Virus record (IMG/VR): IMGVR_UViG_3300022893_000003
Span: 1-35,687 of that record
Reading direction: 5' to 3' (one strand)
Source of the DNA: a virus
Lineage: Duplodnaviria; Caudoviricetes
Length of the DNA stretch: 35,687 nucleotides
Part shown: positions 1-9,033 of the stretch, piece after piece
Numbering within the stretch: the stretch's first letter is position 1
Layout of the letters: each line of letters opens with the position of its first letter
Made by a program: the position numbers and the translations under genes
The notes under the pieces: generated by a model
What the model saw: only the letters and a program-made list of their open reading frames with translations
The model's database searches: none
What the model was told of the DNA's origin: nothing

Positions 1-10
1 GGATACTCTT

Positions 11-457
11 ATGGATGCTTATTACGCAAAGCAGCGCCATAAGCGAGAGGCGTGGCTGGACTCCTGGCTTCCAGTAACAAACATGAAAACTGTCTTTTGG
101 CCCTTGCAACAAAAGTGGATGCCTAACACCGGGGCACCTCCCTACGGGGCTAGCGCTGTCGGGCACTTTGGAGGCTTGGGGGGTGTATACCCAAACTCAT
201 ACCAGTTATCTGTAGGGTTATGCATCCCAGCGTCGGTGGTTTATCGGAATGAGAAAAACCCGCAGGCGCAGAGTAACGCGATTAGGGCTGCCATGGGAAC
301 CTTAGTAGAGTACGTGGAAAGTGGAAGGTTCCTGGCGGCTAACCTTAGTGCGGTGGACGCACAGCGAATTGAACTTGCAGTAATTCGAATTGCGGAGGAA
401 GAAGGATGGAAGAAGCCAGCGGAGACAAGCCAGCAGCAACACAGCCAAGCAAGTTAA
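11..457 (+). CDS. Hypothetical protein
   Basis: 148-aa ORF co-oriented with the operon. It overlaps the next ORF by about 50 nt and has no recognisable motif. Confidence 0.45.
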   Translation: MDAYYAKQRHKREAWLDSWLPVTNMKTVFWPLQQKWMPNTGAPPYGASAVGHFGGLGGVYPNSYQLSVGLCIPASVVYRNEKNPQAQSNAIRAAMGTLVEYVESGRFLAANLSAVDAQRIELAVIRIAEEEGWKKPAETSQQQHSQAS

Positions 458-1179
458 CGGCAGAGCAGTACGCGCTGGTAAGGTTCCTGGAACAAGCATT
501 TTGGCGTACAAGTGCGTTGCCTAGTTATGAAGCAATTGCTGCGGAGGGGACAGAACTAGACCAACAGTTGTACTTGGAAAGTTGGGAGAACCCTAGGTTT
601 GTTGACGCCTTGAGGGCTAGAGGGTTGCCTGAGCACGTCCTTAATACTAAGAGCGCGACAGGGCTGTCGGGTCGGAGTCTTACTGAACAGCAAATGACGG
701 TTGCTAATGTGCTACTGGATGTTTTGGACACTAGGAGCCGTATTAAGAAACTTACTGAACTTGGAGTACCGACTAGTACGTATAATTTGTGGTTACGTGA
801 TCCAGTGTATCGACAGTACTGCTTGGACCGTGCTGAATCTTTACTGGAAGATAACCAGCCAGTTGCACACATGAGTTTGATTAACCGCGTAAGTAGTGGA
901 GACTTAGGAGCAATTAAATACTTTAATGCAATGACTGGACGTTACCGGGAACGAGAGCGTGCTGCTGTCGAGGTCAACGTTAACCAGTTCGGAAGCGATA
1001 AGTTGATTCAGATTGTGGAAATTATTCAAAGGCACGTTAAAGATCCCGCTACCCTTGAGGCAATAGGAGCCGACATCTTATCCCTCAACAACCCAGCACA
1101 GGCGGCACGGCTGTCGGGCCCTTCCTATATGGGCGAACTTGTATACTCAAAGGATGAAGTGAATGACATCGCCATTTGA
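406..1179 (+). CDS. Helix-turn-helix protein, probable terminase small subunit
   Basis: LTEQQMTVANVLLD...KLTELGVPTSTYNLWLRDPVY resembles an HTH. It is followed by LINRVSSGDLGAIKYFNAMTGRY, as in TerS-like phage proteins. It lies upstream of TerL. Confidence 0.68.
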   Translation: MEEASGDKPAATQPSKLTAEQYALVRFLEQAFWRTSALPSYEAIAAEGTELDQQLYLESWENPRFVDALRARGLPEHVLNTKSATGLSGRSLTEQQMTVANVLLDVLDTRSRIKKLTELGVPTSTYNLWLRDPVYRQYCLDRAESLLEDNQPVAHMSLINRVSSGDLGAIKYFNAMTGRYRERERAAVEVNVNQFGSDKLIQIVEIIQRHVKDPATLEAIGADILSLNNPAQAARLSGPSYMGELVYSKDEVNDIAI

Positions 1180-1432
1180 TAGTAAAGAAAACTTAAATAA
1201 GCGTAATCATCCAACTGAGCCAGATTTGAGTTTTGATAGTCTGCACCACACGTTAGGACATGGTGCAACTCAGGCTGCACCGGGAAATCATAAGCATAAC
1301 GTTAAAGAGATTACAGGATTAGAAGAGACAACAACATTACTTGCTATTGTGCATGATGCTTTAAAGTCCTTACCGGGTGGGGCTGCTGCTCTTTCACAAG
1401 CCGCTTCTAGGATTAAAAAACCTACTAAGTAG
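1163..1432 (+). CDS. Small protein with a His-rich tail-fibre-type motif
   Basis: LHHTLGHGATQAAPGNHKH closely matches the LHHTIGTGANQAAAGNHTH repeat of 13689..14903. Confidence 0.68.
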   Translation: MTSPFDSKENLNKRNHPTEPDLSFDSLHHTLGHGATQAAPGNHKHNVKEITGLEETTTLLAIVHDALKSLPGGAAALSQAASRIKKPTK

Positions 1433-1457
1433 GGGGCTACATGTTGGGAGTTTATAA

Positions 1458-1793
1458 GTGCACAGGAATAGTGTTGGGCAGATTCTGGCAGGTGAATACT
1501 TATTTCTAGCATCAATGCCTAGTTTAGAAGGTGCACTTTGTTACGAAAACTCGATTAACCCAGAGTCTTACTTCCCTGTCAATACGCTTACTGGTGATAA
1601 TCGAGCGGCTCGAAAAGTTTGTAAGGGTTGTCCTGTACAAGAAGCGTGCCTGGATTACGCTTTAGAAAACCATATTAAGCATGGAATCTGGGGTGGATTT
1701 ACAAGCCCAGAGCGTGAAAGAATTCGATGGAAAAGGAGGCACAGTGAAGGAGGTAGCGCCATCCGAATCGGACTTCTTTCGGAGGATAGGTGA
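1458..1793 (+). CDS. whiB: WhiB-family Fe-S transcriptional regulator (start may be ATG 1515)
   Basis: Four Cys (ALC...KVCKGCPVQEAC), LDYALE and the GIWGG turn, followed by ERERIR and a basic tail. Confidence 0.92.
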   Translation: MHRNSVGQILAGEYLFLASMPSLEGALCYENSINPESYFPVNTLTGDNRAARKVCKGCPVQEACLDYALENHIKHGIWGGFTSPERERIRWKRRHSEGGSAIRIGLLSEDR

Positions 1794-3297
1794 AGAACTA
1801 AAGCGACAAGCCAAAGCACCCAATATCAATGGATATGTACCCCACCAGAAGCAGGTGGATTTTCACACTAGTACCTCTAAGACACGGCTCTATGTGGGAG
1901 GCAACCGATCTGGTAAATCTTTTGGTAACGTCGCTGAGTGCGTCTATTGGCTCACAAAGCGCCACCCTTATAGAGAAATCCCTGTTGGAGAATTTGAGCC
2001 AACTAGAGGGCGTATTAACACAGTTGACTTTGTTAACGGAGCCGACAAAATTCTACTTCCATTGTTCAAACAACTTATGCCACCTTCTTTTCTTATTGAC
2101 GGATCGTGGGATAGAAGTTACCACCGTGCTTCCCGAATCCTTACTCTCTCCAATGGATCATTTATTGAATTTCTTTCATACGAGTCTGATTTGGATAAGT
2201 TCGCTGGTACTTCTCGGCACTTTGTTAGTTATGATGAGGAACCACCTGAAGTAATTTACACAGAGAATTTGGCTCGTCTAATCGACACAGGAGGCCATCA
2301 GTGGTTTTCTATGACCCCTGTCGAAGGAATGAGTTGGGTGTACGATGCAATCTATCTCAAAGGGAAAGCAGGCGATCCTGCTTATAGTGTTACTGAAATC
2401 TCCATGGAAGAGAATCCTTACCTTAATCAGAGTGAAGTCACATCTTTCCTCGAAGGACTCGACGACAACGAACGAGAAGCCCGAGGACATGGAAAATTCA
2501 TCGAAATGGGAGGTCTTATATATAAGAAATTTGACCCTAAGCCCGGAGGACTCCACGTCATTGATAAAGACAACCTCAGATTCCCCTCTAATGTCCCAAT
2601 CGGTATTTCCCTTGACCACGGTTACAATAACCCTACAGCCGTACTTTGGCACGCCTTACTACCCGAAGGACGAGTTATAACTTTTCACGAACACTACCTG
2701 TCGGGAGAAACGGTAAGTTATCATGCCAGAGCCATTCATGAATTCAATAGAGCACACAGGATTGTACCTACCATTCTTGTCGCAGACCCTTCAATTAAGA
2801 ATACCGATCCCATTACAGGAACATCAATCCTCCAAGAGTACATTAAGTTTGGTGTACCTTTCATGCTTGCAAACAATGATGTTAAAGCAGGTATCGAGCG
2901 GGTCATCGGATATCTCAAACCTCGTACTGGCGGAGCGCCTATGTGGCAATGCACAAGAGATTGCAAGAATCTTATCCGAGAAATGGGAAGATACAAGTGG
3001 AAAACTTACACCAGTAAAAAACTCAACGCCAGATACAACAACTGGGAGGAGCCTCACAAATTAAATGACCACGCCTGCGACTCACTACGCTATTTCCTTA
3101 TGTCACGACCCAACTTGGATGACGTCTTCTTTGACGCCAACAATCATGAAAACCCCTTGGTATTTTTTGACGGTATGCCTAAAGTCTATGGTGGAGACTT
3201 CACAGTCCGAGAGTTAAGGGCTGATGAAGCCAGACACTACCAGAATTCTGAGTACGTTCAGAATGCATCAGACGATATGATGGGTGGTTTGTGGTAA
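1744..3297 (+). CDS. terL: Terminase large subunit (alternative start ATG 1681)
   Basis: PHQKQ adenine-binding motif, Walker A GGNRSGKS, Walker B VSYDEEP, coupling motif SMTP, and nuclease motifs ISLDHG and NDHACDSLRY. AAGGAGG at 1733-1739 precedes GTG 1744. Confidence 0.93.
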   Translation: MKEVAPSESDFFRRIGEELKRQAKAPNINGYVPHQKQVDFHTSTSKTRLYVGGNRSGKSFGNVAECVYWLTKRHPYREIPVGEFEPTRGRINTVDFVNGADKILLPLFKQLMPPSFLIDGSWDRSYHRASRILTLSNGSFIEFLSYESDLDKFAGTSRHFVSYDEEPPEVIYTENLARLIDTGGHQWFSMTPVEGMSWVYDAIYLKGKAGDPAYSVTEISMEENPYLNQSEVTSFLEGLDDNEREARGHGKFIEMGGLIYKKFDPKPGGLHVIDKDNLRFPSNVPIGISLDHGYNNPTAVLWHALLPEGRVITFHEHYLSGETVSYHARAIHEFNRAHRIVPTILVADPSIKNTDPITGTSILQEYIKFGVPFMLANNDVKAGIERVIGYLKPRTGGAPMWQCTRDCKNLIREMGRYKWKTYTSKKLNARYNNWEEPHKLNDHACDSLRYFLMSRPNLDDVFFDANNHENPLVFFDGMPKVYGGDFTVRELRADEARHYQNSEYVQNASDDMMGGLW

Positions 3298-3371
3298 TGG
3301 ACTTTCGTGATTTCATTTTAATTGCTATTCTCATTATGGTTATTGTTTTAACCGTAGTGGCTTTTACGTGA
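3297..3371 (+). CDS. 24-aa single-pass membrane peptide (not in ORF track)
   Basis: TAATG overlap with the terL stop. Translates to MDFRDFILIAILIMVIVLTVVAFT*. Confidence 0.55.
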   Translation: MDFRDFILIAILIMVIVLTVVAFT

Positions 3372-3372
3372 C

Positions 3373-3409
3373 TTGACTGATTTAATTTTTTGTGTTAGTA
3401 TTAACTAAC
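3373..3409 (+). promoter_or_regulatory. SigA-type promoter with an overlapping palindrome
   Basis: TTGACT (3373-3378), 17-nt spacer, TAGTAT (3396-3401) in an AT-rich gap. The inverted repeat GTTAGT-ATTA-ACTAAC (3394-3409) covers the -10 element. Confidence 0.65.
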
Positions 3410-3424
3410 GATGGGTGTATATCT

Positions 3425-3847
3425 ATGATTCGTTTTAATTCAGCCGGCCGAGTGCAGGCAATCGAAGGAATGTATTTGGTGCATCCCGGAACTTGCTTGT
3501 TATGCGGTAAGGTTCCTGATAACGGTCAAGAGTATTTCGCTAGTCTTGGAGTAGAGTTAGAGTATTTCGGAGCGTGCTATTTATGTCAGGCTTGCTGTGC
3601 TGAAATTGCAGACTTTGTAGGGTTTGTCTCATCTGATAAGGCAGATGAACTTCAGATCGCTAATAATAACCTCTATGAGGCTAACAAGAAATTACATAGG
3701 TCATTGTTAACCGCTAAGGGGTTAGTAGATGCCAGAATTGATTCTGCTAGCGACGATCTGCCTGACGAGCATGGCTCTCCTAGTATTCCTCTTTTTGAAA
3801 CTGAACCAGACACAGATTTCATTGATCGTATCCTTAACCGAGACTAA
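3425..3847 (+). CDS. Cys-rich (probable zinc-binding) protein with coiled-coil C-terminus
   Basis: CLLC...CYLCQACC followed by a helical segment. ATG 3425 is preferred over GTG 3392 because the latter lies inside the promoter. Confidence 0.7.
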   Translation: MIRFNSAGRVQAIEGMYLVHPGTCLLCGKVPDNGQEYFASLGVELEYFGACYLCQACCAEIADFVGFVSSDKADELQIANNNLYEANKKLHRSLLTAKGLVDARIDSASDDLPDEHGSPSIPLFETEPDTDFIDRILNRD

Positions 3848-4058
3848 CCAGAGTTTGCTTAATCAGGTACGCGCAAGAGACATCGGCGCCCTGTCGGGTC
3901 TTCAAAGTGCTACATTGAGAGATATACCTAACGATGAGTATATGTCTACAGATGATAGAGAACTTTTGGCTTGGCAACAGTCTATGGCTGCTAATCATGA
4001 ACTCGGTGAAGTTGAGTTTGATGAGGAAGATTTGATGTATCTTAGGAGTGGCTTATGA
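3729..4058 (+). CDS. Membrane-anchored hypothetical protein
   Basis: N-terminal hydrophobic helix (LILLATICLTSMALLVFLFL) and acidic C-terminus. ATGA overlap with the portal start. Confidence 0.68.
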   Translation: MPELILLATICLTSMALLVFLFLKLNQTQISLIVSLTETNQSLLNQVRARDIGALSGLQSATLRDIPNDEYMSTDDRELLAWQQSMAANHELGEVEFDEEDLMYLRSGL

Positions 4059-6109
4059 GCGTTGATACTGCTCAAGGTATAACTCCTGATTTATTACAAG
4101 CAATTATGCGGCAGAAAGAAGATAAGGCTCTTATTGCTTGGGTTGAGGATCAGTTTAAAAAGTGTAAGCAAGCACGGATTGAAACTGAAAATCAATGGTA
4201 TATGAATCTTGCTTTTTATTTTGGTAATCAGTATATTAAAAAGATAGGGCTGACTAATCTTACTGGTTCGGCCCAATTTTTGACTCCTAAAGCCCCACCA
4301 TGGCGGGTTAGACTTGTGGTCAATCGGGTCAGGCCGATTGTTCGTACTGAGATTGCGAAACTAACAGCACAGCGTCCTACTGCTTATGTAGTGCCTGCAT
4401 CCGGTGAGGAACAGGACAAGGCTGCCGCTCGCGCCGCTGAACAGATTTGGAACAGTGCTTATCGTGACCTTGGTATTCACAAGTTGATGCGTCGTACGCT
4501 ATGGTGGGGCACTATTTGTGGTAATGCATTTTTAAAGGAGTATTGGGATCAAGGCGCAGAAGAGGGTTTAGGGGCTGTCAAACTAGAAGTTGTCAGCCCC
4601 TTTCATTTGTTTATCCCTGATTTAACTGTTGAAGAAATTGAAGAGCAGCCTTTTATCATTCACTCAACTGTAAAGAATATTGATTATGTGAGGCGTACAT
4701 ACGGTACAAGTGTGCAGCCGAATGCTACTGCACAAGAAGAAATTATTAATATTAGTTATCTTAATATTAATACAGAAAGTAATACACAGAAAAAAGATTC
4801 AGTTATTTGTCATGAGGTTTGGATTAAACCTGGTGGCCATAAATTATTTCCTAAAGGTGGACTTCTGACAGTTATTGGTGGTCAGATGGTGCAGAGGATG
4901 GATAATTATCCATATCCTCATGGTGAATACCCATTTGCTAAATTTGACCATGTTCAGACGGGAAAGTTCTATAGTGACTCTGTCGTTACTGATCTTGTCC
5001 CTCTTCAACGGGAATTGAACCGCACGCGCTCGCAAATTATTGAGGCCAAAAACCTAATGGCTAAGCCTCAACTTATCGCCGCAAAGGGTTCGGTCAATCC
5101 ACGGAAGATTACTTCTGAACCCGGTCAGGTTATTGAGTACACACCGGGATTAGCACCCCCAACGCCACTGCCAATTCAGTCACTCCCTTCTTATGTACTT
5201 CAAGAAGTTGATCGTCTTGTGCAGGATATGGACGACGTTTCGGGTCAGCACGAGATTTCTCGTGGGCAGAACCCTTCACAGGTGACTGCTTATTCGGCTC
5301 TGTCGTACTTACAGGAGCAAGATGAGTCAAAACTCGCTGCATCTGTATCTTCAGTTGAGGAATTCATTGAGAAAGTTGCGCGTCTTTACCTTAAATATGT
5401 TGTATATTTTTGGGATTTGCCCAGAACTGTACGTATCGTAGGTAGAGATAAAATGGTGGACGCTGCTGCTTGGAAGGGTAGCGACCTACGAGGCAATACG
5501 GATATCCGTGTCGAAGCCGGTTCCGCGATCCCATTAGGTAAGCAGCAGAAGCAGAGTTTCTTGCTTGATCTGTTTAAACTTGGGGCTATTGCTCCTGAAA
5601 TGTTGTTTGAGTTACTTGAAATGAATGATGTTCAAGATGCTCAGCAGGACTTCTTGGTAGATAAGCAACAGGCTATGCGTGAGAATATTATGATTTCTGA
5701 ACTTGGCGATCAGATGCCACCAGAAATTATGCAGCCTAGTGTTGATCCTAATACTGGAGCACCCATTCCTCCACAGATTCCACAGATTTTCTTGCCTAAC
5801 TCATTCGATAACCACGAAGCACATATTCAATACCACAATAACTTCCGTAAATCTCAGGAGTTCGATAGGGCTTCTGACATGGTGAAGCAGTTATTTGAGC
5901 ATCATGTTATGCTTCATCAGTACGCGCTAATGGGTGGTGTTACGCCTAATACATTAGCGTCGGGTGGACAGGCTGGTCCCCCTATTGGTGGTCCTGAGCA
6001 ACAAGCAGCACCTCCGGGTGCAGCACCACCAGAAGAAGAAGCGCCGCCCCCTCCGGGTGGGCAGACAGAAGCCCCATCTAACACACAACCGGGAGGTCAG
6101 GGGCAATGA
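4055..6109 (+). CDS. Portal protein (P22-like)
   Basis: 684 aa between TerL and scaffold, with VVNRVRPIVR, VSPFHLF, YPFAKF...GKFYSDSVVTDLVPLQRELN, DDVSGQHEISRG and a Pro/Gln-rich tail. AGGAG RBS. Confidence 0.9.
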   Translation: MSVDTAQGITPDLLQAIMRQKEDKALIAWVEDQFKKCKQARIETENQWYMNLAFYFGNQYIKKIGLTNLTGSAQFLTPKAPPWRVRLVVNRVRPIVRTEIAKLTAQRPTAYVVPASGEEQDKAAARAAEQIWNSAYRDLGIHKLMRRTLWWGTICGNAFLKEYWDQGAEEGLGAVKLEVVSPFHLFIPDLTVEEIEEQPFIIHSTVKNIDYVRRTYGTSVQPNATAQEEIINISYLNINTESNTQKKDSVICHEVWIKPGGHKLFPKGGLLTVIGGQMVQRMDNYPYPHGEYPFAKFDHVQTGKFYSDSVVTDLVPLQRELNRTRSQIIEAKNLMAKPQLIAAKGSVNPRKITSEPGQVIEYTPGLAPPTPLPIQSLPSYVLQEVDRLVQDMDDVSGQHEISRGQNPSQVTAYSALSYLQEQDESKLAASVSSVEEFIEKVARLYLKYVVYFWDLPRTVRIVGRDKMVDAAAWKGSDLRGNTDIRVEAGSAIPLGKQQKQSFLLDLFKLGAIAPEMLFELLEMNDVQDAQQDFLVDKQQAMRENIMISELGDQMPPEIMQPSVDPNTGAPIPPQIPQIFLPNSFDNHEAHIQYHNNFRKSQEFDRASDMVKQLFEHHVMLHQYALMGGVTPNTLASGGQAGPPIGGPEQQAAPPGAAPPEEEAPPPPGGQTEAPSNTQPGGQGQ

Positions 6110-6360
6110 CATACGCACTTAACTCAATATTTGAAGTTCAGATTACTGATGCTAGGTTAGTCGGATCGCCTACTACTACTTTTAGTAGTAACTACAGGGA
6201 TGAAAATACGATTGATGCTCTGCTTGTCACGGCTAACGCAGGACTCTATACGTCTGCTATGCTTGCTACTATGACGCAGAATGATAAAGTTTATGCAAAT
6301 CGTATGTATAATGATCCCGCTAGTTTTGGCACTCCGGGTACTACTAGTGGAATGAGTTGA
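6106..6360 (+). CDS. Hypothetical protein (possible minor head protein)
   Basis: ATGA overlap with the portal stop; 84 aa. Confidence 0.7.
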   Translation: MTYALNSIFEVQITDARLVGSPTTTFSSNYRDENTIDALLVTANAGLYTSAMLATMTQNDKVYANRMYNDPASFGTPGTTSGMS

Positions 6361-6362
6361 TT

Positions 6363-6590
6363 ATGGCTGATGAGGTTAAAACTATGAGTGACAACATTGT
6401 TGATCAGTATAACCGTGAGGCAGTTCAGAAGGGTCTTGAACTTAAAGACCAGCGTGCGAAGGAAGATGCTCTTATTGCATTAGCAGATGAGTATCTTGCT
6501 TCACAGGCACCACCCCCGCCAGAGCCAGAGCCAGAGGCAACTAAAACAGTGAAGCAGCCGGAGAAGAAGCCGGACCTTCATCATAAGTAG
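6363..6590 (+). CDS. Hypothetical protein with a Pro-rich C-terminus
   Basis: Fills the gap in the head operon. Start is ATG 6363 or 6384. Confidence 0.65.
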   Translation: MADEVKTMSDNIVDQYNREAVQKGLELKDQRAKEDALIALADEYLASQAPPPPEPEPEATKTVKQPEKKPDLHHK

Positions 6591-6603
6591 ATAGGAAAAC
6601 TAG

Positions 6604-7464
6604 GTGGCAGATGACACCGAAGTGGAAGGTCAGCAGATTTCGATCGAAGACCTAGCCGCTCAGATGTTGGGTTTGACTGAAAACAATGAAAGTGACGAAG
6701 AGGAAAAGGAAGAGGAAGAGACTTATAGGCCACAGGTCGGACATCCGGCATGGCGACAAATCCTTGATACTATTCCTAAAGAATATCACGAACAAATCAT
6801 TCCAACCTTACAGGATTGGGATAGAGGTGTTAGTCGTCGCTTTCAGCGTATTCATGATGAATATGCCCCTTATAAAGAGTTAGGTGAAATTGAGCCGGAT
6901 TCTATTAAAGAGGCATTAAACGTCTACAATGCCTTAACAAGTAATCCGGCTGAAACATGGGAAGCGATTGGGAGGGTCTACGGACTTAGCCCGCGGCAAG
7001 TTTCTCAGGCAGCCTCACAAGATGAGGATTTTGATTTGGAAGATTTACCTGCGCCTATTCGGGAGCGGTTAAACCGTTTAGACGAACATGACCGAACCCT
7101 AATGCAGTTGTCACAGCAGATTCAGCAGCAAAATGCTATTTCGCAAACACAGGCTGAGGATGAAGCATTAGATCAGTATTTAGAAGAACTCCGGGAAGAA
7201 TATGGGGAGTTCGATGAGGATTATGTTGTTGGTCTTATAGCATCAGGTATGGATGGGGAAGATGCGGTAGAACGCTTCCAGGCCCTACTCTATAATATTG
7301 CTGATAATATTTCTTTTGAAAAAGACGACAAACAGAATTATCCTCAGGTTATGTCCGGTGGCGGTGGAGTTCCTGATTATGGACAGGTAGATACTTCTAA
7401 GATGTCCAATCAAGATACGCAGGCTCTAATCGCGGAGATTTTGCGTCTTAGCCACGATCAATAG
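6604..7464 (+). CDS. Capsid scaffolding protein
   Basis: Very acidic, helical/coiled-coil 286-aa protein directly upstream of the major capsid gene. Confidence 0.8.
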   Translation: MADDTEVEGQQISIEDLAAQMLGLTENNESDEEEKEEEETYRPQVGHPAWRQILDTIPKEYHEQIIPTLQDWDRGVSRRFQRIHDEYAPYKELGEIEPDSIKEALNVYNALTSNPAETWEAIGRVYGLSPRQVSQAASQDEDFDLEDLPAPIRERLNRLDEHDRTLMQLSQQIQQQNAISQTQAEDEALDQYLEELREEYGEFDEDYVVGLIASGMDGEDAVERFQALLYNIADNISFEKDDKQNYPQVMSGGGGVPDYGQVDTSKMSNQDTQALIAEILRLSHDQ

Positions 7465-7476
7465 GAGGAACCTACT

Positions 7477-8787
7477 GTGGCTAGTCAGGCGACACTCACT
7501 GTTGTTAATGCTTTAACCAAGGAGATTTATCAGGGTAAGATTCGAGAGCAGTTACAGGATGAAGTTATTGGTCTTAAGCGGTTGACTCGTTCTTCTGCTG
7601 GGGTGTCGTCTGAGGTTGGTGGTAAGTACGTTACCTTCCCAATCCGGGTGTCACGTAACTCTGGTATTGGTTATCGTCAGGAAGATGAAGTTCTTCAGGA
7701 TGCCGGTACGCAGGGTTATGCGCGAGTTAACATTGGCCTTAAGTATGGCTATGGTCGTGTTAAACTTACGGGTCAGGTTATGGAGTTAGCGGAGACGAAT
7801 TACCAGTCTTTCGCTTCTACTCTTGATCGTGAGATGTCGGGTCTTAAGAACGACATTGCTAAGGATTCTGCTCGTATCTTCTACGGCGATGGTTCTGGCG
7901 CATGGGCTACCATTGGTGTTGTTGGTACTGCTGGTGCATCTGCAACTTATGGTGTGAATAACCCACAGTACTTCTTTGGGCAGATTGGTGCTGTCGTTGA
8001 TATCGTGGCTCCGGCTTCTAACGCTGCTGTTGCCGGTGCAAATGGTCCGGCTTATGTCGAACCTAATACGACTAACCCTGCTCTTCTTAATGCCCCGCTT
8101 TATGCAGCACCGCCTACGGTTGTTAACACGGTTCCTTTGGTTGTTACGGGTGTCGATGTTGCGGCTAAAACCGTGACTCTTTCGGGTGTCGGTGGTAACG
8201 CGCCTGCGGGCACGATTGGTAACGTTATTACCCGTCGTGGTAACTATGGTCGTGAGCCTTACGGTCTTGGTGCTCTTGTTGGCCAGCAGACGATTTTCAA
8301 TGTGGATACCGCTGTGTATCCTGTGTGGAAGTCTGTGCTTAACGCTAACGGCGGTACCGCTCGCCCCCTGTCGGAGGGCTTGATGATTAAGATGACGGAT
8401 GACGTTCGTGTTATGGGCGGTGTTACGTCTCTTATTCTTACGTCTCTCGGTGTCCGTAGGGCTTACTTCAACCTGCTTACTCAGCAGCGTCGCTACACGA
8501 ACACTAAGGAGTTCGGTGGTGGTATGACTGGGCTTGCGTTCAATAATGGACGTGAAATCCCTGTCGTTGAGGATGTTGATGCGCCTCCTGGAATTATGCA
8601 CTTCCTTCAGGAGTCTGACTTCACTGTGTATCGGGACAAGGATTGGTCTTGGCTTGATACTGATGGCGGTATTTGGAAGTGGGTCCAGAATAAGGATGCT
8701 TTCGAGGCTGTCAACAAGCAGTACTGGCAGATTGGTATTGAGCGCCGTAACTCACAGGGTAAGTTGTCTGATATCTCAGAGGCATAA
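7477..8787 (+). CDS. Major capsid protein
   Basis: 436 aa with a strong AGGAGG RBS and biased codon use. GGKYVTFPI...GIGYRQE, RIFYGDGSG, EPYGLGALV, IPVVEDVDAP and RRNSQGKLSDI are typical of HK97-fold capsids. Confidence 0.9.
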   Translation: MASQATLTVVNALTKEIYQGKIREQLQDEVIGLKRLTRSSAGVSSEVGGKYVTFPIRVSRNSGIGYRQEDEVLQDAGTQGYARVNIGLKYGYGRVKLTGQVMELAETNYQSFASTLDREMSGLKNDIAKDSARIFYGDGSGAWATIGVVGTAGASATYGVNNPQYFFGQIGAVVDIVAPASNAAVAGANGPAYVEPNTTNPALLNAPLYAAPPTVVNTVPLVVTGVDVAAKTVTLSGVGGNAPAGTIGNVITRRGNYGREPYGLGALVGQQTIFNVDTAVYPVWKSVLNANGGTARPLSEGLMIKMTDDVRVMGGVTSLILTSLGVRRAYFNLLTQQRRYTNTKEFGGGMTGLAFNNGREIPVVEDVDAPPGIMHFLQESDFTVYRDKDWSWLDTDGGIWKWVQNKDAFEAVNKQYWQIGIERRNSQGKLSDISEA

Positions 8788-8792
8788 TTAAT

Positions 8793-8854
8793 AGGAGAGG
8801 GGGGCTTGGCGCCCATAGATTATGCCCCCCTCTCCTCCCCTGTCGGGAGGTTTT
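8793..8854 (+). terminator. Overlapping stem-loops after the capsid gene (terminator/attenuator)
   Basis: AGGAGAGGGGGGC (8793-8805) pairs with GCCCCCCTCTCCT (8824-8836). A second hairpin, CCTCCC-CTGTC-GGGAGG (8834-8850), is followed by TTTT. Confidence 0.7.
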
Positions 8855-9025
8855 ATGGCTACGATTGCAGACCTTGAAAGGCAGTTTTATTTAGCGACTG
8901 TGACGACACCAGACGCTACTACTTCTATTTCAGACTTAGAGCGTAGGTATTATGTTCAGGTGCTTGGCCTTACTGAGCCGGTTGCTAGGTCCATTTCGGA
9001 CTTGAAGCAAGATAAACTGGATTAG
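8855..9025 (+). CDS. 56-aa protein with a triple (T/S)I(A/S)DL(E/K) repeat
   Basis: GGAGG at 8846-8850 precedes ATG 8855. Repeats are TIADLERQFY, SISDLERRYY and SISDLKQ. Confidence 0.7.
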   Translation: MATIADLERQFYLATVTTPDATTSISDLERRYYVQVLGLTEPVARSISDLKQDKLD

Positions 9026-9033
9026 GAGTAGGT

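Noticed and set aside
7786-8601. 271-aa antisense ORF and other alternative-frame or antisense ORFs in the track
   Set aside because: They are shadows of strongly codon-biased real genes, here the major capsid. They have no RBS, motif or operon logic.
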